Of a stretch of 64,000 nucleotides of DNA, positions 39,983 through 50,678 are shown piece by piece (positions within the stretch are counted from its first letter, which is position 1; the number at the start of each line of letters is the position of its first letter). The notes beneath the pieces are model-generated. The model was not told the DNA's origin, ran no database searches, and saw only the letters and a program-made list of their open reading frames with translations. The DNA is from Candidatus Woesearchaeota archaeon (GTDB lineage Archaea; Nanobdellota; Nanobdellia; Woesearchaeales; JAFCFN01): positions 3,068-67,067 of the forward strand of contig JAFCFN010000003.1 of the NCBI GenBank assembly GCA_017608625.1. Reading direction: 5' to 3'. Both the position numbers and the translations under genes were made by a program.

Positions 39983-40381
39983 TTATCCCAATCTAGCTAG
40001 TTTTTCTTCAATCTCAGCCAATTCCTGCTCTAATTTCTCCAACTCGCTTGGCTTAACTTCTTTTTTAACCTCAATTTTAGGAGCAATCTTTTTCTCAATC
40101 TTCTTTGCCTTAGCTTTAGCTTTTTTACTTTTTTTTGGTAGAACTTCTTTTAATTTAGTCTTGGGTAGGGCACTCTTTAATTTATTTATTAATTTATTAA
40201 TTTCTTTTATATCCTCTTTAAACCTAAGAATCTCAGCAGCTTTTTGCTCTCTAATAACCTTGAATTTCTCATATCTCTGCAAACCTTCTACAATGCTTTT
40301 GCTGCTTTCTAATAGAGCTTTCCTTACAGAAGAAGGATCCCTAACACCAACATAAAAAACATCTCCTTCTTTATTAGCCAT
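39983..40381 (-). CDS. Coiled-coil hypothetical protein
   Basis: VFYVGV strand followed by long amphipathic helices. Confidence 0.75.
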   Translation of the reverse strand: MANKEGDVFYVGVRDPSSVRKALLESSKSIVEGLQRYEKFKVIREQKAAEILRFKEDIKEINKLINKLKSALPKTKLKEVLPKKSKKAKAKAKKIEKKIAPKIEVKKEVKPSELEKLEQELAEIEEKLARLG

Positions 40382-40383
40382 TT

Positions 40384-40644
40384 TTAAACAGCCTCTGGCT
40401 CAAATAAAACATGATCGATATAATCAATCTTTTTCTCCACATCACCTATCTCCGCTTTCCATTCAGCAAGTTCAGAATCCTCTTTTTCCTTTAATTCTTC
40501 AATTTTGGCTAGTGTTTTCTTGGCTTCCTCAATTTTTGTCTTTAACATTCCCACTATATCTAAAACATCCTTATAATCCTCAATTCTTACAAAAATAGGC
40601 ATTCCCTCCTTATCCATCTTAACCTCCAAATAAAGTTTTGTCAA
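40384..40644 (-). CDS. Coiled-coil hypothetical protein
   Basis: PIFVRIEDYK...W...I..VEKKIDYIDHVLF. Confidence 0.75.
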   Translation of the reverse strand: MTKLYLEVKMDKEGMPIFVRIEDYKDVLDIVGMLKTKIEEAKKTLAKIEELKEKEDSELAEWKAEIGDVEKKIDYIDHVLFEPEAV

Positions 40645-41077
40645 TAAATATAAGTTTTCGTTGAATATCTTCTAAACTTTCCCTCCATTTTTCAAATTCT
40701 TTATCCTTAACAAGCTTTAATTCAGCCAATCTTTCTATTCCTTCTTCAGCAGCTGTTAGTTTACTTTTGCTCAATCTTATCTCCCCCAACATAAGTTTAT
40801 ATTTATCAGCTTTAACATAAATTGCTTTTTTGGGTAAAATTTTTAGTTCTTTTTCAGCTTCCTTTACTCCAGCAACAATCTCTTTGACAGGGGAAGCCTT
40901 AGAAGCTGGCTCAACCACTTTCTCAGCTTTAGGAACTATGCTTTCAGGAGGACTTGGTATTTCTAACTCTTCCTCTTCCCCCAATAATTCAGAAGGCATT
41001 GGTGGAAATTCAAGTTCAGAATATGGTTTCAATACCTTCTTCTCTTTAGTTTTGCGCAAAAATCCTAAAAACCCCAC
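40619..41077 (-). CDS. Coiled-coil hypothetical protein, paralogue of 40384..40644
   Basis: AIYVKADKYK...W...LEDIQRKLIFIDKTLF; N-terminal GFLGFLRK and Pro-rich linker. Confidence 0.75.
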   Translation of the reverse strand: MGFLGFLRKTKEKKVLKPYSELEFPPMPSELLGEEEELEIPSPPESIVPKAEKVVEPASKASPVKEIVAGVKEAEKELKILPKKAIYVKADKYKLMLGEIRLSKSKLTAAEEGIERLAELKLVKDKEFEKWRESLEDIQRKLIFIDKTLFGG

Positions 41078-41186
41078 AGTTACACCTCTTTAATGACTAT
41101 AAAAACCCAACACCTATTAAAAACTTTTCTTACTATTACAATATAACAACAAACTTATATAAACATCAAACATTCTCTATATAAAA

Positions 41187-42194
41187 ATGTATGAAGCCCT
41201 TTATTATAAGAAACTGCCAAACAAAAAACTACAATGCCTTCTCTGTCCAAAACGCTGCATTATAGATGTTAACAAAAAAGGGAATTGCAGAGCAAGGAAA
41301 AATATTAATGGCAAACTTGTTTCTTTGGTTTATGCAAAACCTTGTTCTATAGCAATAGATCCTATTGAAAAAAAGTCTTTGTTTCATTTCTTGCCTGGCT
41401 CAGAAGCCTACTCTATAGGAACAGCAGGTTGCAACTTGCATTGTCAGTGGTGCCAAAACTGGGAAATCTCTCAAGCAAATCCAGAAGATATTCCTTACAG
41501 AGAGTTAGAACCAGAACAATTAGTTCAAAATGCTTTGGAAAATAATTGTAAAAGCATTGCTTATACTTATACAGAACCAACCATTTTCTATGAATATGTG
41601 TTAGATACAGCAAAACTAGCAAGAAAAGCTGGAATAAAAAATGTCATGGTAACTTCTTCTTTCATTAATCAAGAACCTCTCAAAAAATTATACAAATATA
41701 TTGATGGAGCAAATATAGACTTCAAAAGTTTTGATGACAACTTTTATAGAAAATACTGCTTTGCTTGGCTAGAACCAATTTTAGAAGCAATAAAAACAAT
41801 TCACAAATTAGGAGTTTGGGTAGAACTAACAAATTTAATAATTCCAACTTTGAATGATGATTTGAAAAAAATAAAAGAAATGTGCGAATGGATAAAAGAA
41901 AATACTGGAGTAGATGTTCCACTGCATTTTACAGCTTTTTACCCTTATTATAAAATGCTCAATTTGCCAAGAACATCTCCAGAAATACTTCTAAAAGCAA
42001 GAGAAACTGCACTAAAAATTGGATTAAACCATGTTTATGTTGGAAATGTTCCTACAGAAAAAGCTGAAAATACTTATTGCCCTAAATGCAATGAACTTTT
42101 AATAGAAAGAGCTGGTTTTGGTATAATAAAAAACAACCTCAAGAATGGAAAATGTCCAAACTGTTCTGCAAATATTGCTGGAGTTTGGGATTAA
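41187..42194 (+). CDS. amrS: AmmeMemoRadiSam-system radical SAM enzyme
   Basis: CLLCP..C, DPIEKK, GCNLHCQWCQNWEIS, YTYTEP, C-terminal CPKC/CPNC. Confidence 0.9.
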   Translation: MYEALYYKKLPNKKLQCLLCPKRCIIDVNKKGNCRARKNINGKLVSLVYAKPCSIAIDPIEKKSLFHFLPGSEAYSIGTAGCNLHCQWCQNWEISQANPEDIPYRELEPEQLVQNALENNCKSIAYTYTEPTIFYEYVLDTAKLARKAGIKNVMVTSSFINQEPLKKLYKYIDGANIDFKSFDDNFYRKYCFAWLEPILEAIKTIHKLGVWVELTNLIIPTLNDDLKKIKEMCEWIKENTGVDVPLHFTAFYPYYKMLNLPRTSPEILLKARETALKIGLNHVYVGNVPTEKAENTYCPKCNELLIERAGFGIIKNNLKNGKCPNCSANIAGVWD

Positions 42195-44332
42195 TTTTTT
42201 TATTTTTTCTACCAACAGTTTTGGCAGATATAACAAACCTTACAATAAATGAAGTAATGTACAATCCTAAAGGTTCTGATACAGATGCAGAATGGATCGA
42301 AATTTATAATCCTAATAATGAACTAATTAATTTTCTTGATGATGCATTATTTATTGCTGATGATAGATATGAACAGCAAATTCAGGACTATTCTGGTTGG
42401 ATTACAGAAACAAATGCTACTTACTTTATAATTACTTCTTGCTACTCTTCTTTTTATGACACATTAAATAATACAGACATTATATTTAATCCAATGGACT
42501 GGCTTCATCTTGATGATGAAGGTAATCCAAGATGCGATAGGATTGGAAACAATCTGAAAAACACAGAAGACTATATTGAACTTTGGTATTGTGGCAATAA
42601 AGAGGAGGAATGTGATTTGTTGGATTTTTTATGGTATAATTCATCAGCCGTTTACTATAATAATACTTATTATTCTATTGAAGGAAATACAAATGGTAAA
42701 TCATTACAACTTATAAACAATAGTTGGATAGCAGCAGACCCTACTCCTGGTCAGGCCAATGAGCTGGTTGAAGAGCAAACTCCTCAAAAAGAAATAAAAC
42801 TCATTACCAATATAGATGTGTTTTTGTTTAATCATTTAAATTACACGAAACTCTTCAAGATACAAATTAAAAACAAGGATAATTGTTCAGAAAAAGAGAA
42901 TATTTCGATCAATTATAGTGTATATGACAATATAAATGATGAGTATATAAAAGAAGATAATTTTACAGTAGAGGTTGGATGCACAAAAACATCAGGTACA
43001 GGACATATTTATTTTGAAGATCCAGGAAATTATACTCTCTGCGGTTATCTAATCAATAATACAAACATATCTGATTGTTTAGATGTTGAGGTAGTGAATA
43101 CAAGCACAATAAAATGCAATCTTTCTTTAGAAATTAATAATACAAAAGAAATCTATGAATACCCAGAAAAGATTATATTTCGGCCAATTCTCTCTAACAA
43201 AACATTTCCTTATAAAATAGAGTATTGGTTTGAAGATTTATTTGGAAATATTGTACGTAAGAAAATAACAACTTTAAATACTTATAGAAAATCATGGAAA
43301 CCAAGCTTGGATGAACCAGATAAAGTATTTCTAATAAAGTTAAATTTATCTTTTATTGCTTGTAATGACACTAATTTAACAGACAATTCTGCTGAACAAC
43401 TCATTATTGTAAAAGATCCCACTTATTCTAAAATCTCCCCAGAAAACAATTCGTATGTAAAAATACTTGAAGTAGATCTTGGCTCTGACAATAAAGCAAA
43501 ATTCGGAGAAGCAATTAAAGTCAAAATAAACATCTACAGAGGCAACACCCAAAAATACTCAACATCTTTATGGGTAGAAGGAACTAGCAAGATATCCACA
43601 GAAACACTAAAAATACATACTCTAACAAAATTCACGAACTACACATTTACAATTCCTGTTCAGCTAAAACCAAATTGTGATAAAGATTATGCTGATGGTA
43701 TTTACTATGTAAAACTAGAAGGCCTTAACTCATCAGACTCAGCAACAATAAATGTAGAAGGAATAACCTCATCACTATGTGAAGAATCCAGTTCTTCTTC
43801 ATCTTCTTCAAAATCAAAATTCTCTTTCGAAATACTTTCCATGCCAAATAAAATAGAAATAGGAAAGGAATTTACAACAAAAGTAAAAATTACATCAGAT
43901 GATGAAGAACATATAATAGACATTTGGAGCTATGTTTACAAAGGTAATAAATGTTATTCAGGAGAAAGAGAAGAAAATCTCCAAAGCATAACTCTTCCAG
44001 CAGACTCTTCTGTTATAGTAGAACTTAAGAATACTGTAAAGGATGCAGAACCAGGTTCTTATAAATTTAAAGTAAAGCTTAGAAAAGACAATCAAAAAAC
44101 ACCAAAAGAACTCACAAAAACCATTACTCTAACAGCCCCAGAAATAATAACAACAGTTTCCGAAACAAATATAAACCAAAAAGACTCTTGTTCGGATAGT
44201 ATAACAATTTTTAACTGCTCTGAGGGGATTTTAGTTTACGAATCTTCCTCAGAAAAAACAAAAAAATTAACATATTGGTTAATTTTACTGGCATTATTTT
44301 TGCTTAATGCTTTTTTGATATGGAAAAAATAA
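42152..44332 (+). CDS. Lamin-tail-domain surface glycoprotein with C-terminal TM anchor
   Basis: Signal peptide, INEVMYNPKGSD...EWIEIYN, PTPG..N, many NxS/T sites, Ser-rich linker, TM plus KK. Confidence 0.85.
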   Translation: MSKLFCKYCWSLGLIFLFFLPTVLADITNLTINEVMYNPKGSDTDAEWIEIYNPNNELINFLDDALFIADDRYEQQIQDYSGWITETNATYFIITSCYSSFYDTLNNTDIIFNPMDWLHLDDEGNPRCDRIGNNLKNTEDYIELWYCGNKEEECDLLDFLWYNSSAVYYNNTYYSIEGNTNGKSLQLINNSWIAADPTPGQANELVEEQTPQKEIKLITNIDVFLFNHLNYTKLFKIQIKNKDNCSEKENISINYSVYDNINDEYIKEDNFTVEVGCTKTSGTGHIYFEDPGNYTLCGYLINNTNISDCLDVEVVNTSTIKCNLSLEINNTKEIYEYPEKIIFRPILSNKTFPYKIEYWFEDLFGNIVRKKITTLNTYRKSWKPSLDEPDKVFLIKLNLSFIACNDTNLTDNSAEQLIIVKDPTYSKISPENNSYVKILEVDLGSDNKAKFGEAIKVKINIYRGNTQKYSTSLWVEGTSKISTETLKIHTLTKFTNYTFTIPVQLKPNCDKDYADGIYYVKLEGLNSSDSATINVEGITSSLCEESSSSSSSSKSKFSFEILSMPNKIEIGKEFTTKVKITSDDEEHIIDIWSYVYKGNKCYSGEREENLQSITLPADSSVIVELKNTVKDAEPGSYKFKVKLRKDNQKTPKELTKTITLTAPEIITTVSETNINQKDSCSDSITIFNCSEGILVYESSSEKTKKLTYWLILLALFLLNAFLIWKK

Positions 44333-44336
44333 AGAA

Positions 44337-44996
44337 TCATTTAACCATCGTAATAATATAATTATCATAAACATTAGGATTATTAATTTTAACAGTTTTA
44401 TAATGCCGAAGATCATTAGGGATGTAAAGCGAAGTAAGAATTTTTACTGCCAATCCCCTTAACAAATGAGGAACACTTGTTGGACCTTGGGTACTTAATA
44501 TAAAATGAGACCCAGGTTTTAGAATTCTCCCTACTTCCCGAAAAGCTTTATCTTTTCCTAGCATGTAACCGCTGATATAAAATGCGGTTACCATTTCAAT
44601 AGAATTATCAGGAAAATCTTCAAGATTACGAGCGTCTCTTGGAAGAAAATATAAATTTCTATTATGCCTCAATTCATCACTCAATTTATTTATTAGTGTA
44701 AAATTAAATCCTAAGCGTCTCCAATATTTCAAACCTTCATATAATTTATCTTTGTTACTTTCTATGCCAATTACATTATATCCCAAGGAATTAAGTAAAA
44801 TAGCACCATAACCATAACCTGTTCCAATATCAACAATAGTTGAATTATTAATTGGCAATTGAATCTCACCAAGTATGTTGATAATAGAAGTTACTCTTGC
44901 TTTCGGATTAATTTGTTGAGTATCATTACTAAATGTTTTGAATTTAACAGGAGTTGATTCTACTAATTTTAGAATCTTTTCAAGTTTATCATTCAT
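44337..44996 (-). CDS. Class I SAM-dependent methyltransferase
   Basis: VDIGTGYG, FPDNSIE, RILKPG. Confidence 0.85.
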   Translation of the reverse strand: MNDKLEKILKLVESTPVKFKTFSNDTQQINPKARVTSIINILGEIQLPINNSTIVDIGTGYGYGAILLNSLGYNVIGIESNKDKLYEGLKYWRRLGFNFTLINKLSDELRHNRNLYFLPRDARNLEDFPDNSIEMVTAFYISGYMLGKDKAFREVGRILKPGSHFILSTQGPTSVPHLLRGLAVKILTSLYIPNDLRHYKTVKINNPNVYDNYIITMVK

Positions 44997-45315
44997 GACT
45001 ATAAAAGTTATTCAAAATTTTATAAATCTTTCTCTTTTTACCACTTTTCAGTAAACGCTCTGTTACATTATTAGACTTTGCTTCCAAAAATTAAGCTACA
45101 ATTTAGAAATGAAACTTTGTGAAGAACGGATTAATTCTGATTTTCCAAAATATTATGGTGCTTATTTAGTTCATTTATCAGATACAACTGAAAGATTTCT
45201 GCTGTTACTTCTATGAGAACTCTGAAAAATAAAATCTTTTTGAAAAACCTCTTTATTGTAAATATCTTATTTTTAACCAAAAATATATAAACTTCCATCT
45301 TTTCTAATTGCTAGG

Positions 45316-45936
45316 ATGAAAGACTCAGAAATCAAAGAAAAGCTGGAAAAAGGAGCAATTCTCTCAAGAATTATAGTAGAAATAGCAGGCTCTCCTAAGG
45401 AACATATTGCAAAAACAATCGACTTGGTTGTAGAAAGTATGAAACAAGTGAAAAATGTTGATGTTATCTCTGCAGAAAAATTCCCTCCAAAAGAGCAAGG
45501 AATTCCTGGGCAAAAAATAACAAAAGCCAAAATATTCTCAGCTTTTACAGAAATAGAGTTATTAGCAAAAGACTTCCCAACATTAATAGGGATATGTTTT
45601 GAATTTATGCCTTCATCTATCGAAATAATAGAACCAGAAAATATGCAATTTACCTCTCACACACTTGCTGGATTTTTAAATGACTTATTAGCAAGGCTTC
45701 ATCAGATGGATATGATATTAAAAAACAGAACAGCAGAAAACACAATTTTAAAGAAAAATGCATCAGCTTTACTTCAAAATATATTTAAACTATCACTAAA
45801 AGAAAAAGATAAAAAAATAGAAGAAATAAGCAAAGATGTTGGAATTCCTACAGAGCAACTCAAACCTTTTTTAGATGCCTTAATCAAGCAAGGAAAAGTA
45901 AAAAAAGTAAGAAACAAATACTCTTATATAAAATGA
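45316..45936 (+). CDS. Conserved hypothetical protein with C-terminal winged helix
   Basis: IVEIAGSPKEH, FMPSSIEIIEP, EEISKDVGIP...LDALIKQGKV. Confidence 0.75.
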   Translation: MKDSEIKEKLEKGAILSRIIVEIAGSPKEHIAKTIDLVVESMKQVKNVDVISAEKFPPKEQGIPGQKITKAKIFSAFTEIELLAKDFPTLIGICFEFMPSSIEIIEPENMQFTSHTLAGFLNDLLARLHQMDMILKNRTAENTILKKNASALLQNIFKLSLKEKDKKIEEISKDVGIPTEQLKPFLDALIKQGKVKKVRNKYSYIK

Positions 45937-46601
45937 AAAAGGAGATTGAGGCTTTATTATTTTCAGCAGCAAGAAAACTCAGCTTAGAAGAACTCTCAAG
46001 ATTAACAGGAATTAAAGATTTGAATGCAATAAAAGAAGCTCTAGAACAATTAAAAAAAGAATATCAAGAAAAAGACACTGCTTTAAAATTAATTGAGGAA
46101 CCAGACGGCTATAAGCTGAATGTTAAAGAAGAACATCTCCCTTTGGTACAAAAAATAGTCACTCAAACAGAACTTAGTAAAACACTAATGGAAACACTAG
46201 CAGTAATTGCTTGGAAATATCCTTGCCTACAATCAGAAATCATAAAAATAAGAACAAACAAGGCTTATGATCATCTCAAAGAGCTTGAAGAAATGGGTTT
46301 TATATCAAGAGAACCATTTGGAAGAACAAAAAAGATAAAGCTAACAGAACATTTTTTTGAATACTTTGATCTGCCAACAGAAAAAGCAAAAGAGGCATTC
46401 AAAGCCCAAATGTCAGAGGAGATAAGAGAAAAAATAAATAGAATAGAGGCACAAATAGAAAAAAGAGAAACTCGAATAGAACAAGCCCACCAAGCTGTAA
46501 AAGAACAAGAAGAAAAACTAAAACAAAACAAAGAAAAACATGATACTCAAACTGAGATGCCCGAAATGCAAGAATCTCCAGCTTTACCAGAGCAGAAGTA
46601 G
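45933..46601 (+). CDS. scpB: SMC-Scp complex subunit ScpB
   Basis: IEALLF, LSKTLMETLAVIAW, QSEIIKIR, GRT...T..F..YF. Confidence 0.92.
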   Translation: MKKEIEALLFSAARKLSLEELSRLTGIKDLNAIKEALEQLKKEYQEKDTALKLIEEPDGYKLNVKEEHLPLVQKIVTQTELSKTLMETLAVIAWKYPCLQSEIIKIRTNKAYDHLKELEEMGFISREPFGRTKKIKLTEHFFEYFDLPTEKAKEAFKAQMSEEIREKINRIEAQIEKRETRIEQAHQAVKEQEEKLKQNKEKHDTQTEMPEMQESPALPEQK

Positions 46602-46686
46602 GACTTTAGAGAAGAAGAGTAAAAGATGCGTTTATTGCGGATATAATATGAAAGTTACCGAGTGCATAGTCAAAAAAATTGATTAA
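46540..46686 (+). CDS. Small zinc-ribbon protein (48 aa, not in ORF track)
   Basis: MILKLRCPKC...KRCVYCGYNMKV...KKID*; two CxxC motifs. Confidence 0.75.
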   Translation: MILKLRCPKCKNLQLYQSRSRTLEKKSKRCVYCGYNMKVTECIVKKID

Positions 46687-47763
46687 TTACACTGGTTTAC
46701 TTTTTATATCATATCTTTTCCATTTTATTCGAGGCACACCTTCTTTCAAACACTGTATTCTTTCCCCCACACTACATATCGAAACATACAACAAATATTT
46801 ATTCCTTACATTCCTTTCAATTAAGTCATACCAAGGAAATTTCTTTTGTACCTTTGTTAATCCCCCATCATTATACAAGATTAATAATTCATCAAGCTCA
46901 CCTGTTGGAGCATCTTTAACAGGTACTGTGACTATTGTTTTCACAATAGTCCCCCAATCAGGTCCCTTAGCTATTTTTTTATTTGCCACAACCTTTCTTG
47001 TACTTGAAACTTGTTCTTCCATTCTCTTTTTTCTTTTTAAATCTTTTATATAATCAGCCTTGTATAGCTTCAGGTAATTTTCTTCATCTTTTTTTACTCT
47101 GTCAGCTCTGACATAAAAAATAAAATTTTCTTTGGTTTTGGAACCTGGATTTTTAGGAATTTCAAGTTCTTTAAATGGTTCTTCATCTTTTAGTGGACCT
47201 TCAACCTTATAATTTATAGTTTGTTCAAGACCTCCCTGAAGAATCCCTGCAACAATTATATCAAAATCTTCCTTTAATTTTTCAACACCTATATAAAAGA
47301 TATCGCCTTTTTTAGCAATACCAGTTATGGTTCTTCCCCTTAGCAAATGAAAAATTATTCCTTCAAGATACCTTTCCATATTAGCTACAGCCTCTTTGTA
47401 AGGAGGTCTTTTAGTTGTTTTATATTCAGATCTCACATAGAAAGTTACAGGGCAATTAGGCAAGGATATCTCTTTTTTGTCAATTCCAACTGGTGGATTA
47501 TATCTGTCATAACCTGTGCTTTTTTTAAGAGTTTCTTCTAGTTTTGACATCGCCTCTTTTAATTCAGAAATATTATTTTCAGCTCTTTCAGAGTATTCTA
47601 CTCCCTTTGCTCTATCTCCATCATAATCGGGACCAACCTTTTTAATGATTGTCATTTTTTGCCTTATTAATTTAAGTTTATTTTTATCCTTAATAAGCAT
47701 TTCCATTACAATCTTCAAACCCCAAAATTTTGCCACTACAGGCCTTCTAAAACCAAAATTCAA
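46687..47763 (-). CDS. Hypothetical protein (start possibly ATG near 47705)
   Basis: Long ORF, no motif recognised. Confidence 0.65.
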   Translation of the reverse strand: MNFGFRRPVVAKFWGLKIVMEMLIKDKNKLKLIRQKMTIIKKVGPDYDGDRAKGVEYSERAENNISELKEAMSKLEETLKKSTGYDRYNPPVGIDKKEISLPNCPVTFYVRSEYKTTKRPPYKEAVANMERYLEGIIFHLLRGRTITGIAKKGDIFYIGVEKLKEDFDIIVAGILQGGLEQTINYKVEGPLKDEEPFKELEIPKNPGSKTKENFIFYVRADRVKKDEENYLKLYKADYIKDLKRKKRMEEQVSSTRKVVANKKIAKGPDWGTIVKTIVTVPVKDAPTGELDELLILYNDGGLTKVQKKFPWYDLIERNVRNKYLLYVSICSVGERIQCLKEGVPRIKWKRYDIKSKPV

Positions 47764-47851
47764 TAGAAAGCTTTATAAAGAATCACACCTTCCTTTTTAC
47801 TGAGTTAAACAAATTCTAACTCATTTTCAAGCAATAAAATTAGTCAAAAAA

Positions 47852-50242
47852 ATGCCTGAGCAGATTAAACAAAAAGTGATAGAAGACGAGATGAAGCAAT
47901 CTTATCTAGACTATTCTATGTCTGTGATAGTTGGAAGAGCCTTACCAGATGCGAGGGATGGATTAAAACCAGTTCATAGAAGAGTTCTTTATACAATGCA
48001 TGAGCTTGGTTTATTGCATAATAAACCATTCAAAAAATCAGCAAACATTGTTGGTAATTGTATGGCTAAATACCACCCCCATGGAGATCTGCCAATTTAT
48101 GATGCTCTAGTTAGAATGGCTCAAGACTTCTCATTAAGATACCCTTTAGTTCAGGGCCAAGGAAATTTTGGAAGCATAGATGGTGATAAACCAGCTGCAA
48201 TGAGATACACAGAAGCAAGGTTAAGCAAACTTTCAGAAGAGCTATTACAAGATATAGAAAAGGATACTGTAAAATTTGTTCCTAATTTTGACAATTCAAC
48301 AAAAGAACCATCTGTGCTGCCATCAAAAGTTCCCAATCTACTTATTAATGGCTCATCAGGAATAGCTGTTGGAATGGCAACCAACATTCCTCCTCACAAT
48401 ATCTCTGAAATCTGTTCAGCAATCATTGCAACTATTGATAATCCAAATATAACAATAGATGAATTAATGCAGCTAGTTCCAGGACCAGATTTCCCAACAG
48501 CAGGCATTATAATGGGAGATTATGGAATCAAAGAAGCATACTCAACAGGCAGAGGAAAAATAATTCTAAGAGCAAAAGCAGAGATCCAAGCAAATAAGAT
48601 TATAGTAACAGAGATTCCCTATCAAGTTAATAAATCAGAACTAGTAGAAGAAATTGCTTCATTAGTAAGAGATAAAAAAATAACAGACATAACTGATTTA
48701 AGAGATGAGTCAGATAAAAAAGGAATAAGAATTGTAATTGAACTAAAAAAATCCTCAAATCCAGAACTAGTTCTTAAACAGCTCTACTCTCAAAGCAGAC
48801 TTCAAACAACTTTTGGAATGATCATGCTTGCATTAGTTGATAACAAACCAATCATTCTTAATTTGAAAAATTTAATTCAAAATTTTATTGACTATAGAAA
48901 AGAAATAATCACAAAAAGAACAGAGTTTGATTTGAAAAAAGCAACAGACAGGAAACACATACTAGAAGGTCTTATCATTGCTCTTAAGAATATAGACTCT
49001 ATAATTAAAATAATCAGATCATCGAAATCAATAGAGCAAGCCTCAAATACCTTAATTCAAAACTTCAGACTAACAAAAATACAGGCATCAGCAATATTAG
49101 ATATGAGGCTGCAGAAATTAACTTCCTTAGAACAAGATAAAATCTCAAAAGAATGTATAGATTTATCAAAAAAAATAGAAGAACTAAAATCAATTCTTGC
49201 ATCTCCTCAGAAAATCCTTAACATAATCAAAACAGAACTAGCATACTTAAAAGAGAACTATGGTGATCCTAGAAGAACGGAGATTACTCACGAGAAAATA
49301 GAAATAGAAGAAGAGGAATTAATCAAATCAGAAGATGTTGTTATAACAATAACACATGCAGGTTACATCAAAAGAATCCCGATCTCTAGTTATAGGCAAC
49401 AGAAAAGAGGGGGAAAAGGAATAATAGCAACAACAATGAAAGAGCAAGACTTTGTTGAGGATCTTTTTGTAGCAAACACCCTTAACAACATCTTATTCTT
49501 TACAGACAAGGGCAATGTTTACTCTTTGAAAGTTCATCAGATTCCTTCTACAAAAAGACAGGCAAGAGGTATTCCGATCATCAACTTATTGGATATTAAA
49601 GATCAGAAAATAACAGCTTCTATTCCAATAAAGGAATTTAAAGAAAATCTTTTTTTGGTTATGGCAACAAAAAAAGGTATAGTCAAAAAAACTCCATTGT
49701 CAGCATTTGAAAACATTAGAAGAACAGGCATAAAGGCAATTACATTGAATAATGATAACTTAATAAATGCTGTTTTGACAGATGGCAACCAGCAATTAGT
49801 GCTTGCAACAAAAAAAGGTATAGTCATTAAATTTAATGAAAGGGATGTCAGGCCAATGGGAAGAACAGCAGCAGGTGTAAGAGGCATTAAACTTAAAGCT
49901 GATGATTCTGTTATTGGTTTAGTTATTGCTAAGGATGAAGAAACTCTACTAACAATCACAGAAAATGGTTTTGGAAAAAGAACAAAAATAAGCGATTATA
50001 GACTAATATCAAGAGGAGGTTCTGGAGTACTCAATCTGAAAATAACATCTAAGAATGGTTTAGTAACAGGAATAAAAACAGTTACAGATAAAGATGAATT
50101 AATGTTGATTTCTCAAAAAGGCATTGCAATCAGGATTTCTGCAGGTGAAATTTCTGTAATGGGAAGAGTAACACAAGGAGTAAGAATAATGAAACTAGTT
50201 CCAGGAGATAAATTAATAGCTCTAGCTAAAATAGCCCAATAA
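47852..50242 (+). CDS. gyrA: DNA gyrase subunit A
   Basis: [29 protein letters not shown], GyrA-box QKRGGKG, beta-pinwheel repeats. Confidence 0.96.
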   Translation: MPEQIKQKVIEDEMKQSYLDYSMSVIVGRALPDARDGLKPVHRRVLYTMHELGLLHNKPFKKSANIVGNCMAKYHPHGDLPIYDALVRMAQDFSLRYPLVQGQGNFGSIDGDKPAAMRYTEARLSKLSEELLQDIEKDTVKFVPNFDNSTKEPSVLPSKVPNLLINGSSGIAVGMATNIPPHNISEICSAIIATIDNPNITIDELMQLVPGPDFPTAGIIMGDYGIKEAYSTGRGKIILRAKAEIQANKIIVTEIPYQVNKSELVEEIASLVRDKKITDITDLRDESDKKGIRIVIELKKSSNPELVLKQLYSQSRLQTTFGMIMLALVDNKPIILNLKNLIQNFIDYRKEIITKRTEFDLKKATDRKHILEGLIIALKNIDSIIKIIRSSKSIEQASNTLIQNFRLTKIQASAILDMRLQKLTSLEQDKISKECIDLSKKIEELKSILASPQKILNIIKTELAYLKENYGDPRRTEITHEKIEIEEEELIKSEDVVITITHAGYIKRIPISSYRQQKRGGKGIIATTMKEQDFVEDLFVANTLNNILFFTDKGNVYSLKVHQIPSTKRQARGIPIINLLDIKDQKITASIPIKEFKENLFLVMATKKGIVKKTPLSAFENIRRTGIKAITLNNDNLINAVLTDGNQQLVLATKKGIVIKFNERDVRPMGRTAAGVRGIKLKADDSVIGLVIAKDEETLLTITENGFGKRTKISDYRLISRGGSGVLNLKITSKNGLVTGIKTVTDKDELMLISQKGIAIRISAGEISVMGRVTQGVRIMKLVPGDKLIALAKIAQ

Positions 50243-50281
50243 CAAAAGATTTATAAATCAATAATTCTACTAATACATTAT

Positions 50282-50560
50282 ATGGCTCCTGAAATGAGAA
50301 ATCCAAATTTATTTGAAAAAATATTGCTTGTTATTGGGATTCTTGTTCTGATCATTGGGTTTGCATTTATTCAAAAAATAGCTATTGCAATTGGTTTTGG
50401 ATGGGAATTATTATCTCTAATTTTCCTATGGCTGATTTTGGTAGTTCTGATCATAATGCTTTCTGCTATTGAAAACATGAAAGAAGAGCTAAAGCTGGCT
50501 AATAATATAGAAGTAGCAGAATTGAGATTGATGAGAGAAGAGTTTAAGAGAAAAAAATAG
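50282..50560 (+). CDS. Small two-TM membrane protein
   Basis: Two hydrophobic helices and a coiled-coil tail; TTTATAAA box ~25 nt upstream. Confidence 0.75.
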   Translation: MAPEMRNPNLFEKILLVIGILVLIIGFAFIQKIAIAIGFGWELLSLIFLWLILVVLIIMLSAIENMKEELKLANNIEVAELRLMREEFKRKK

Positions 50561-50678
50561 GCTGTTTTTAGATAAAATTGAATTTGACCACATAATCAAA
50601 TAAGAGCCCGGAAAAATAGAAATATTTATTGTTGATTATCACTTTCTTCAATTAATTTTTATTTTAATTAGGAGAAAG

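Noticed and set aside
45109..45216. 35-codon ORF MKLCEERINSDFPKYYGAYLVH... in a 320-bp spacer
   Set aside because: Could be a gene remnant, but has no SD or recognisable family
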